64,000 bases of DNA from Octopus bimaculoides (lineage: Eukaryota): NCBI RefSeq assembly GCF_001194135.2, contig NC_069005.1, positions 7,302,234-7,366,233 of the forward strand, read 5' to 3'. Below the pieces are notes generated by a model that made no database searches, was not told the origin of the DNA, and saw nothing but the letters and a program-made list of their open reading frames with translations. Both the position numbers and the translations under genes were made by a program. Shown here piece after piece: positions 1 to 11,500 of this stretch; position 1 is the stretch's first letter; every line of letters starts with the position of its first letter.

Positions 1-317
1 CCCTCGTTAGCTCATAGATACATATATAACATATATATACTTAAGGTAGCAAGATATGGTTCGAGATCTTGCACCATTATTGCTCCTAAAAGGGCTAGTT
101 GATATATAGGTTTCCCTTTGGCTGATACACACACATTAAAAGATGATGATGATGATGGCAATTCTTATGGCATCAGCTATATATATTTATAGGAAGGACA
201 ACAAAAGAAAGAAAGAGACCAATATTATGTAAATAGAGGAATTTGGTGAGGGCTCCCACCCCAACACCCGAAACTCAGAGTTTTACCATGGCCACCGAAT
301 AAGTGTCATTTTTACAG

Positions 318-363
<46 letters not shown>

Positions 364-989
364 NNNNNNNNNNNNNNNNNNNNNNNNNNNNNNNNNNNNN
401 NNNNNNNNNNNNNNNNNNNNNNNNNNNNNNNNNNNNNNNNNNNNNNNNNNNNNNNNNNNNNNNNNNNNNNNNNNNNNNNNNNNNNNNNNNNNNNNNNNNN
501 NNNNNNNNNNNNNNNNNNNNNNNNNNNNNNNNNNNNNNNNNNNNNNNNNNNNNNNNNNNNNNNNNNNNNNNNNNNNNNNNNNNNNNNNNNNNNNNNNNNN
601 NNNNNNNNNNNNNNNNNNNNNNNNNNNNNNNNNNNNNNNNNNNNNNNNNNNNNNNNNNNNNNNNNNNNNNNNNNNNNNNNNNNNNNNNNNNNNNNNNNNN
701 NNNNNNNNNNNNNNNNNNNNNNNNNNNNNNNNNNNNNNNNNTATATATATATATATATATGAGACAAACCATGTAAGTGAAAAGACAGGCTTGAAAAGAC
801 TGGAAGAGAGGAGAAGCGATAATATTATACCAGGTAAAGAGAGAAATAGAAAGTAAGTGGTTTGCTTATGTTCTATGGTGTGAGGAGGATCAGAGGCGTG
901 AGTTGTTCTTGATTGCAAGACAGTGCAATAGAGAGAAGTGAGACATAGGCAAAAACTGTATACAGATGGAAAATAAGAGACTCACACTT

Positions 990-2880
990 CTTTCCATTTC
1001 AATGTGTAAAGGAAGAGGTATGGAAGTGCTACTATGAAAGTTTACTGAATGTGGAGAATGCATAGGAGAAAAATGGTCTTCCTAACATAGGCCACAATCT
1101 GCTAATGGAGGGACCAGTCACTCTGGTAGATAGCAGTATGAAAGATAAAGCAATTACAAGATATGAAGGCAGGAACCATCAGGAATTACTGCAGAGATGC
1201 TTGGAATGCCTGGCAGTGTTGGATACAGCCTTGTCACCCATTTAGTCAATTAGGCTGTACAAGATGTTATACCCAATGACTGTAGTAACATCATAGCCAT
1301 TACAAGGAGATTACCTTACTGAGAGAAAATTAGAGGTATCTATTGGACCAGATCATGAAAGTTAGAGAGTTGTAGATCAATTGATTAGAGAGAGAATTAG
1401 ATTATATGAGGCACAGGTGTGGCTATTTGGTAAGAAGTTTGCTTCGCAACCACATGGTTCCAGGTTCAATTCCACAGCATGGCACTTTGCACCTTGGACA
1501 TGTCTTCTACTTTAAGCCTGGGATGATCAAAGACTTGTGAGTGGATTTTGGAGATGGGAACTTAAAGAAGATACTCAAATTAAATATGCAATTTTGCAGA
1601 GGTAAAACGCAACCCTTATTCACTTAGTTTTTTTTCCAACCATGCCTGTGAAAATCTAGTGTTAATTTTTGTGGCTTTGGGGTATTTTGACTCCTATTTT
1701 TAGCAAAGCTGGTACTTCATAGTGCCCCAGGAGTGGCTCTGTGGTAAGCAGCTTACTTACCAACCACATGGTTCCGGGTTCAGTCCAACCGCATGGCATG
1801 TTGGGCAAGTGTCTTCTACTATAGTCTCGGACCAACAAGCCTTGTGAGTGGATTTGGTAGACGGAAACTGAAAGAAGCCCATCGTGTATATATATATAAA
1901 TGTATGTATATGTTTGTGTGTCTGTGTCTGCCTCCCCCCCTCCTCTGAGCACGGAAAAGTGGACGCTAAACCAATGATGATGATGAGAGATAGTTTGGTT
2001 TGAGACCAGGAAGTACTAATGATGCCACCTTCCTAATGAGACAACTGCAAAAGAAATATTTAGCTAGGAGTAAGATGCTGCATGGAGAAAGCCTTCACTA
2101 GGGTCCCTCACTCTAATCCGGTAATCAAAGGGTGGTTTGTAAAGCCATGCATGTCATGTTGTCAGTAAGGTGGGAGTTAGCCAAAAGTACTGTGATGAGT
2201 TTAGTATGCAAGCAGAGTCTACCAGAGCTCAGTTACCTGCTATACATCATACTGCTATAGACCATAATAGAAGAGTCCAAGACCAGATGTGTCGTGGTTA
2301 TAGCTGAAACTGTAGAATTAGAAAATAAATTCCAGGTGCAGAAGCAAAACTTGGAATCAAAGGGCCTCCAAGTTGACTTTGCAAAAACCAAAGTTGTTAG
2401 TAAAGAAAACAGCGCTCCAGAGAAATGTCTTTGTTCAATATACAGAGAACTGTGTAAGACTTCCATATAAGGTCCCCAATGCACACTATGGACACACACA
2501 AAGAGGTGCAGTGGAATTTCGGGCAGATTCACAAAAAAAGTAAGGTTTGTATGTGACAGACATGCAAGAGCAAAACAGAGAGTATACAGGAAATAGGTTT
2601 TCTTAAGTGCCCAGGAGAATCCCTAGAAATAGTAGATAGCTTCTGCTACCCAGGTGACCTAATTTAGCAGTGAAGGAAGATATTCTGAAAGTATAGCAGC
2701 CAGAATTAAGAACATGGAGGAAGTTCAGAAAAAGGTTTTGTATCTCAGTGTGAAAGACAGACTGTAAGACGCCTGTGTATATGAACTGCAATTCTACATG
2801 ATAAGGTCACATGAACACTAAATGCAGAAGATCTGCGAGAACTATAAAAGAAAAAAATAATGAAGCAAGCATGCTCCTTA
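990..2880 (+). mobile_element. RTE-clade LINE remnant (RT region), interrupted by SINEs
   Basis: Degenerate EEVWKCYYESLLNVEN, DATFLMRQLQKKYL, QNLESKGLQVDFAKTKV, ESLEIVDSFCYPGD; many stops and frameshifts. Confidence 0.8.
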
Positions 2881-3639
2881 GCTATAAAGTGTTAGCGTGA
2901 ATGAATGAATGATGTAGTATAGGCGCAGGAGTGGCTGTGTGGTGGTAAGTAGCTTGCTTAACCACATGGTTCCAGGTTCATTCCCACTGTGTGGCACCTT
3001 GGGCAAGTGTCTTCTACTATAGCCTCGGGCCGACCAAAACCTTGTAANNNNNNNNNNTACTATAGCCTCGGGCCGACCAAAACCTTGTAAGTGGATTTGG
3101 TAGACAGAAACTGAAAGAAGCCTGTCGTATATATGTATGTATGTATGTATATATAATCATCATTGTCATTTAACGTCCGCTTTCCATGCTAGCATGGGTT
3201 GGATGATTTGACTGAGGACTGGTAGACCAGGTGGCTACACCAGGCTCCAATCTGATTTGGCAGAGTTTCTACAGCTAGATGCCCTTCCTAATGCCAACCG
3301 TGTGTGNNNNNNNNNNTGATTTGGCAGAGTTTCTACAGCTAGATGCCCTTCCTAATGCCAACCGTGTGTGTGTGTGTATGTTTGTGTGTCTGTGTTTGTA
3401 CCCCCAACATCGCTTGACAACCGATGGTGGTGTGTTTACATCCCCGTAACTTAGCGGTTCAGCAAAAAGGGACCGATAGCATAAGTACTAGGCTTACAAA
3501 GAATAAGTCCCGGGGTCGATTTGCTCGACTAAAAGGCGGTGCTCCAGCATGGCCGCAGTCAACTGACTGAAACAAGTAAAAGAGTATAAATGTGTTGAGG
3601 GGAAAAAGTGGTCACAAGAGGAGTAAAGAGCAAGCAGAA

Positions 3640-3880
3640 GATGACATTGGCAAGGGCTTGCAATGTGTAGGGATGAAGACAGTTGCTTACAGTGGTCGAA
3701 ACTAGGGTAAAAGAAAGACCCAGCAAAATAGGGAGCAAAGTGGAGATTAATCTGAGGACGCTGAATCTTACAGAGGAGATGACAAAAAACTCGAGATGAT
3801 TGGCGACAAGTAATACTGGAGAAGAACTGTCCATCTATGCAACGGACATGGTGAAACTGATGCTTAAAACGGCGGCAGAG
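3640..3880 (+). mobile_element. RTE LINE 3' end fragment
   Basis: NLRTLNLTEEMT..RDDWRQVILEK-like C-terminus resembling the copy at 21720-22225. Confidence 0.6.
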
Positions 3881-4238
3881 GTGGAGGGTCGGAGCATAAT
3901 GTGTATCTACATAGCTGAGTCCCTTAACAAATATGTCTCTGTTGTCTGACAAATGCTTCCATGGAAAGACAGACAAAATGAACCTTACATGTACTTGCAT
4001 CTGTATATATACACACGCACATGCAAACACATATACACAAATAATGAGAGTATATAAAGATGCGTGTATGTATGTGTGTATACACACACACAATAATATA
4101 TAAAGAAGGATGTGTGTGTGTGTGTGTGTGTGTGTGATATATGAAATTAAATAAATGACAAAAGAACAGGAAATTATGAGATTCTGAAGCAAATGTATTG
4201 GAAGTTCTAACACTAGGTTATTAGTATTGAAGCAAAAC

Positions 4239-4280
<42 letters not shown>

Positions 4281-4504
4281 TTATTTTCTCCTAATTAATA
4301 AATAACTCGGACAAAATAAATTGGTTAATAGATACCAGGATAGCAAAGATCAAAAAATAATTGTGGTGTAACTCCTGTTTATGAGGTAGAAACTCCTTGA
4401 TATTTTGGGTACTTGAGTATATATAAATTAAAGGAGTAAAACGCAGAAAATATGCAGTTAAAATATGCAGTTAAAATATACGTTTTACTCCATTCATTAA
4501 ATTT

Positions 4505-4548
<44 letters not shown>

Positions 4549-4726
4549 NNNNNNNNNNNNNNNNNNNNNNNNNNNNNNNNNNNNNNNNNNNNNNNNNNNN
4601 NNNNNNNNNNNNNNNNNNNNNNNNNNNNNNNNNNNNNNNNNNNNNNNNNNNNNNNNNNNNNNNNNNNNNNNNNNNNNNNNNNNNNNNNNNNNNNNNNNNN
4701 NNNNNNNNNNNTATATATATATATAT

Positions 4727-4888
4727 AGGTGCAGGAGTGGCTGTGTGGTAAATAGCTTGCTTACCAACCATGTGGTTCTGGGTTCGGTCACAGTGTGGCA
4801 CCTTGGGCAAATGTCTTCTACTATAGCTTCAGGCCGACCAAAGCCTTGTGAATGGATTTGGTAAACGGAAACTGGAAGAAGCCAGTCG

Positions 4889-4919
<31 letters not shown>

Positions 4920-5101
4920 CCCACCAACATCGCTTGACAACCGATGCTGGTGTGTTTGCAATCCCCGTAATTTAGCAGTTCGGGAAAAGAGACCGATAGA
5001 ATAAGTACTAGGCTGACAAAGAATAAGTCCTGGGGTCGATTTGTCCGACTAAAGGCGGTGCTCCAGCATGGCCGCAGTCAAATGACAGAAACAAGTAAAA
5101 G
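4727..5101 (+). mobile_element. SINE family A, full copy
   Basis: Same consensus in plus orientation. Confidence 0.88.
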
Positions 5102-5185
5102 AATAATATATATATATACACACACACACACTATGTGTACATATGTATGCACATATATCTACACGTACTATCATGTATATATGTA

Positions 5186-5220
<35 letters not shown>

Positions 5221-6219
5221 TTTATTCTTTTATTCTTAATCCTTCACCACCCACCTGTTTTCTAATCAAGGGAGCTGTTAATTAATGCATCCTGGAATGC
5301 AGCAAGCAAGCCATCTATTGACAGATGTGACAACACCGCCACTCGTTAACATACAGCTTTTGTAGAGTGCACAATGTAAACACACAAGCTTCTTTTAGTT
5401 TCCATTTCCCCATTTGGTTCTGCTTATCGCAAACATCTGCCCAAGGTAGCATGCACTGGGATTGAACCCAAAACTCCCCAACCACTCATTATATGTACAC
5501 ATATACACACATACTTTCTGAACATCCTTCCCCACCCACAGCTATTCAGATCTTCCCTGCACCACCCCTTCACCTTGAAGACTGATAAGAACTTGGCAAC
5601 TGGCTGGTTAGACGCTCTGCTCCGTACCACTCAGCCCTACACAACCAGGGCAGTTTTAAAAACACTCACCAGTACTACAAAACCTGTCCCTACATTAACC
5701 CTTTTTGTTACCCTATTTCTCTTGAAATAGATGCATGGCTTAATGGTTAGGCTATTCAGCTCACAGTCGTAAGTTCAATCCCTGGCGGCAAGATGTGTCC
5801 TACACCAAGGCACTTTATTTCACGTTGCTACCAGTTGACTCAGCTGGCAATATTGAGTTGGACCTGTAATTCGAAGGAGCCAGCTTTGTCACATTCAGCG
5901 TCAGCTGAATCTCTCGGAGAACATTTACCCATTTTAACCCGGGTTAACCGTGTCAAAATTTTGAAGATAGTTACATAAATAGGGACAACAAACATACAGA
6001 AGCATCCAGTTAACCCTTATTGCAGTAAATAAACCAAATACAACTGTCCTCAAACGAGGATTGTGAGTTAATATGGGTTATGGGTACACATGTTTGTGGA
6101 GTACTCAGCCACTTACATATTACTTTCACAAGCAGGCTGTTCTGTTGACAGGACCGACTAGAGCACTCATCATTCTAACTGATGGAGACCCCTTTCTCTT
6201 GAATTACACTGCCTTTATT

Positions 6220-6545
6220 TACATTATTTACATTCGACGGATATTTGTCCTCATCTTGTTTCTTGTTAACACGTTTCAGCTGATATACCCTTCACCCTTC
6301 ATCAGATGTCTTGGGGAAATTTCGAACCTGGGTTCTCATTCCTAAGGTATTCTTCGATGTTGTTGTTGTTATTATTATTATTATTATTATTATTGTTCAA
6401 GTCACTGCTTGGAATCGAACTCGGAATCTTGGGGTTAGTAGCCCGCGCTCTTAAATCACTACGCCATATGCCCGTGGGCATATGGCGTAATGGTTAATGT
6501 AAATAATGTACATAATTCCTCATCTCTTAAATATAGAACTGTACA
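6220..6545 (-). mobile_element. tRNA-headed retroelement with hammerhead-like tail (family E), copy 1
   Basis: Minus strand: head with A box TGGCGTAGTG and B box GAGTTCGATTCC, (AAT)n linker, body, then GACAT CTGATGA...GAAACGTG. An inverted head/tail duplication follows at 6476-6543. Confidence 0.8.
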
Positions 6546-7189
6546 CTGCCTTTGTTCTAATTAATTTTGAAAGTAAGGAATTATTTAGTAAAATATTTTT
6601 ATCAGCTCACTTTAACCTTTTAGCAGTGAAAATGCCATAATTGGCCTGAATATTCTTCCTGCTATATGATGAAACTGACCAGATCTGGCCTATCAAACCT
6701 ACCCTACAATGTCATTCTAAAAATAAACAATCACATCATCAAAATCTCAAAACTTTGAGATAATGCATGATTAATTAAAAACAATATGAATAAATAAATA
6801 TTACTTCCAACAGAATAATCCGAATAATAAACAAAGTTTTATACCAAACCTGGTAGTTATTTTATATCTTTTGCTGAACTGATAAGTTTACAGGATGCAA
6901 ACAAACCAACACCAGTTGTCAGGCAGAGGTGGGGTACAAACATACACAAACGCACACATATAGGTACATATATGACAAGCTTCGGTCTACCAAATCCACT
7001 CAAAGCTTTGGTCAGCTTGAGGCTATGGTAAAAAAACACTGGAAAAACATGCAGCGGGACAGAACCTGAAACCATGTGGCTGGGAAGCTAATGTCTTACC
7101 ACATGGCCACACCTGCTTCAACAAAACATACTCAAGGTATAATCCTATATATGCCAGACCAACCCATTGCCACCCACGCTTTCATACCC

Positions 7190-7505
7190 ACACACTTCAG
7201 GCTTAATTTTGCACCACCACCACCCACACACCAACAATGTCCCACTCCTATACGGATGATATCACCCCCTCGTTTGTTCATCAAATTCTGTACTGACTTC
7301 CTGAAAACACTTCTAATTAGTCATAACAACCTTGCTTCCACCACAGGCACAAAGACATGCTACACTAGTTATACGCCACCGCTCCTTGTCAACATGGGCT
7401 GCATGCGGCAAGAACCTCGATCATCATGGTTCTTCCTCTTTCGGGTTAGAAAAACTAACCCTATACAAGACTCAAATGAGACCCACAATTGTTCCCATCA
7501 CTCAG
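7190..7505 (+). mobile_element. Jockey/CR1-group LINE RT fragment
   Basis: HSYTDDIT (YADD-like) and LTLYKTQMRPT motifs, frameshifted. Confidence 0.55.
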
Positions 7506-7521
7506 AGATCATGTTATATAT

Positions 7522-7918
7522 ACTCTTTTACTTGTTTCAGTCATTTGACTGTGGCCATGCTGGAGCACCGCCTTTTAGTCGAACTAATCGACCCCAGGAC
7601 TTATTCTTTGTAAGCCTAGTACTTATTCTATCGGTCTCTTTAAGTTACGGGTACGTAAACACACCTGCATCGGTTGTCAAGCGATGTTGGGGGGACAAGC
7701 ACAGACACACAAACATATACACACACATACATATATATATACATACATATACACGACGGGCTTCTTTCAGTTTCCGTCTACCAAATCCACTCACAAGGCT
7801 TTGGTCGGCCCGAGGCTATAGTAGAAGACACTTGCCCAAGGTGCTATGCAGTGGGACTGAACCCAGAACCATGTGGTTGGTAAGCAAGCTACTTACCACA
7901 CAGCCACTCCTACGCCTA
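7522..7918 (-). mobile_element. SINE family A, full copy
   Basis: Near-identical to 15990-16364. Confidence 0.9.
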
Positions 7919-8483
7919 TATATAAATATATATATATCATCCTATATCATTCGATTATCATGTTCTTTTTCATCTATACATATAACATCGTATATTAAGG
8001 TATATGCAAACATACATATATACACACACACAGACATAGACAGATAGATAGCAACAAGTGAAGCTGTAGCTTAGAAAGTTGGTTCCCAACCATATGGTTT
8101 TGGGTTCAGTCCCACTGTGCTAGTGTCTTCCACTATAGCTCAGGGTCAGCCTTGTGGATGGATTTGGTAGACAGAAACCGAATACATATGCACGCATGCA
8201 TGCCTGTGTGTATGCATGTACCCGTACTAGTTTTGACATCACAGTTGTAATGTAAACAAGAAGCACCAATATGCAAATGAAGTTGCTTATTTCCAGTCTT
8301 AGTGAAAAAGACATGTCCAGCCAGAGAAAAATTACCTTGCTTATAAACGTGTCGGAGACAGTAAGAGCATCAGATTGCAGTAAAATTGCCTCCACAAAAT
8401 CCAACTGACCCATTCAAGCATGGAAAAGTGGACATTGAATGATGAGAATATCCTCTCTCCCTCTCTCTATATATATATATATA

Positions 8484-8586
8484 TCATTGAACACACAAGT
8501 TCTTGTCCAATCACTGAAGTTAAGCAACATTGAGCCTAGTTAGTACTTACATGGGTGACTGCTTGGGTAACCTAGGTACTGCGAAT
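8484..8586 (+). pseudogene. 5S rRNA pseudogene (or SINE3-type head)
   Basis: gttcttgtccaatcactgaagttaagcaacattgagcctagttagtacttacatgggtgactgcttgggtaacctaggtactg aligns by eye to invertebrate 5S (GTTCTCGTCCGATCACCGAAGTTAAGCAACGTCG.GCC.GGTTAGTACTTGGATGGGTGACCGCCTGGGAA); the 5' end is truncated. Confidence 0.85.
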
Positions 8587-11500
8587 GTGTTTTATTCCAT
8601 AGGCACAAGCGTGGCCGTGTGGTAAGAAGCTTGCCGCCCTGCCACATGGCCCCAAGTTCAGTTCCTCTGCGAGGCAACTAGGGCAAGTCATCATCACCAT
8701 CATCATCATCATCGTTTAACGTCTGTTTTCCATGCTGGCATGGGTTGGACGGTTCGACTGGGGTCTGGGAAGCCAGGAGGCTGCACCTACTATAGCCTTG
8801 GGCCAAACAAAGCCTCATGTGTGGATTTGGTAGACGGAAACTGAAAGTCCATCTTGTGTGTGTGTGTGTACCCCCACTCCCACCCCATCATCGCTTGACA
8901 ACCGGTGCTGGTGTGTTTACGTCCCTGTAACTTAACGGTTCGACAAAAGAGAATATATAATAAATACCAGGCTTCGAAAAATAGAAAGAAATACTGGGGT
9001 CAATTCTTTTGACTAAAACATTCAAGGTGGTGCCCCAGCATGACCACAGTCTAATAACTGAAACCACACACACACATCTGTATAAAACATCCCATGTCAT
9101 ATTCACTCAAGCTGCATCATCATACAGTCATCTTTGACAACACAAAAATCGCCACCTGATTGAGTGGCGTATATCGATCACCATTACCTCTAACCTGCAG
9201 ACAAGCCATCTCCCTGGGGTCTTTACTCCTCATCTTCCTTACCACCCCACTGTGACGCAACACCCTAATCCTTGCCTATCATCTGTTTCCGTCATTACAC
9301 TGCAGTCATTAAGGGTTTTGGTCGCACAATTCGACCCCCAGTACTTATCTTCCATTTCTAAGCCTGGTGCTTTATTCTAGAAGTCACGGGGACGTAAACA
9401 AACCAACACCGGGTGTCAAATATCAGTGGGGGAGGGGGACACTTTTCAGTTTCTGTCTACCAAATCCACTTAACAAGGCTTTGGTCGACCCGGGACTAGA
9501 TTAGAAAGGCATGTTGACAGGGTACCCAAGGTACACATGTTATCCTGAGGGGTGGGGGATCCTCCCCCTACGACCAAACATTGCGTGAGTATCACCAAGT
9601 CTCGTCCGCGAACTTTTGTGGGCATGATTGAAGACGTCCTAGCCACACCAACAAAAGAAGAATTATAAAAAATGCACCATAGATGTTTGTATATATATAT
9701 AATATATAAGACACGTGTGTATACACAACATATACACGTGTGTAAATACTTGTGCACCAGTATGTGTGTGTGTGTGTGTGTTTCATTGTTTAAATGAATG
9801 AAAATGTTTTATCTGAAATATTTGCAATAGAGGTGAGCCGAGAACGAAGAAAAATTTTCAAAACCACAGCATCGAAAGGGTGAAATTTCAGCCTTTAACG
9901 GTAACTGAAGCTGCGAGTGTGTAAATCCAAGACAAAAAGAGGCGAATGCTCGGTGTTGGCAATTGAAAAGACGGGAATAAAAGAGGCTTGCTGAGGAGGC
10001 CTCGAACAATGTGTGTGCGTGTGGCTTGCTTGACACATTGTGCCAACCAACCAACTGTGAAATCGAACGGGAATTTCACAATGAAGGTGAAGGTGGGAGA
10101 CGAGGAATAAAAGAGAGAAAGAGAAAAATATGGTGGATTTTTGTATCATGTGGGCTGCATGCGAAAGAAGAGACAAACTGAAGTTGATTATAGAGCCGTT
10201 TGGTTAGTGAGTAGCCCAGGTTGAGTCTAATCGAGCAGACAGACATATTATCAAAGGCACTCCAGTCGTGACCATCCCGTTTTTTTTTACGGGATATGTA
10301 CAATATTTATCATCAACAATCAAACGGCACTTCAACAACGACCATTCTGCACTTTTAGAAGAATGTAGGACTGGACTACATAGGAACAAAATGCAGTCTT
10401 TTATTTTAAGACGGCAGATAATTTGAGAGATTTTGTCGATCGACTCCCTTCTTCGGCGGCGAGCTTAGATATTTGATAGCGGTTTGAACTTCCAACACAA
10501 AAACACACAAGATATAGTTGAAAGAAAAATAAAAAGAACAAAGCAAGTAGCTCGACATGTTGTTAACAGCAGTTAAATTTCCCTCAATTCATACACAACT
10601 GCCTTCAATACAAAAGGAATCATACGACACAATCGGGAATATCGTAGATCTAATCCGGGGAAACTCGACCATTTTTTGGTCCCTACGGACCCCCTCTGAT
10701 TTCTGTTTTGCTCAATTGCATCCTCATAGACATTCGATGTTTAAAAAATCTTATTTTTATAATTAAATATTATAAAGAATTGCAGAAAAATAATTGTTAA
10801 AATGTTTCGTGTACTGTAGAATTGTAATCAATTTATTGCACAAACTTAGACAACAAAATTCTTGTATGAACCCCCCCGAGGGTCTATAAAGGACCCCGAG
10901 TGAGAACTACTGATCTCTAAAAGAGACTGACTTGATATGGAGCTAAACAACGTCCTGCCAAAACCATCATCAGAATCGTATATGGTTTGAGTATGTTGTG
11001 TAATGTAGTCTTAGATACACTGCGCCATCGAGAAAAAAACACAACGGAAAAACGTTGGAGAACGCTTTGACTGCTCGATCAAACGGCCTAGGGTTAAACA
11101 ACTCCCCAAACACGTGCAAAAAAAAACACGTGCAAGTTTATATATACACACACACACATATATATATATATACATGTGTATGCATGTAAATATATAAATC
11201 TATATACACACGCACACACCTTCAACTGTCGTCCTTTTAAAAACTGTACACGCTTAGTATTTTGTTTGGTGTAATATACATCTGGTGTGTGTCTATATAC
11301 ACACAGACACATATATATAATGCAGATATTTACATACATACATGTACGTATATATATACATACACAAGTATATGTACATACACATACAGAAGTACACACA
11401 CGCATATATACATATATACATGTGTGTATACACCCATACATCAACGTATACAATAAGATTACATGTGTGTATATTATGTGCCGTAGACCATGGCTTAAGC

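Noticed and set aside
3494-4240. 248-aa minus-strand ORF
   Set aside because: Antisense to an RTE tail and SINE sequence plus (GT)n; no protein family.
6400-6478. Possible tRNA gene
   Set aside because: A and B boxes are present but there is no acceptor-stem closure; it continues into a SINE-like body, as do all other tRNA-like heads here.
7076-8047. 323-aa ORF
   Set aside because: It runs across SINE A, a LINE fragment and microsatellites; a chance open frame.
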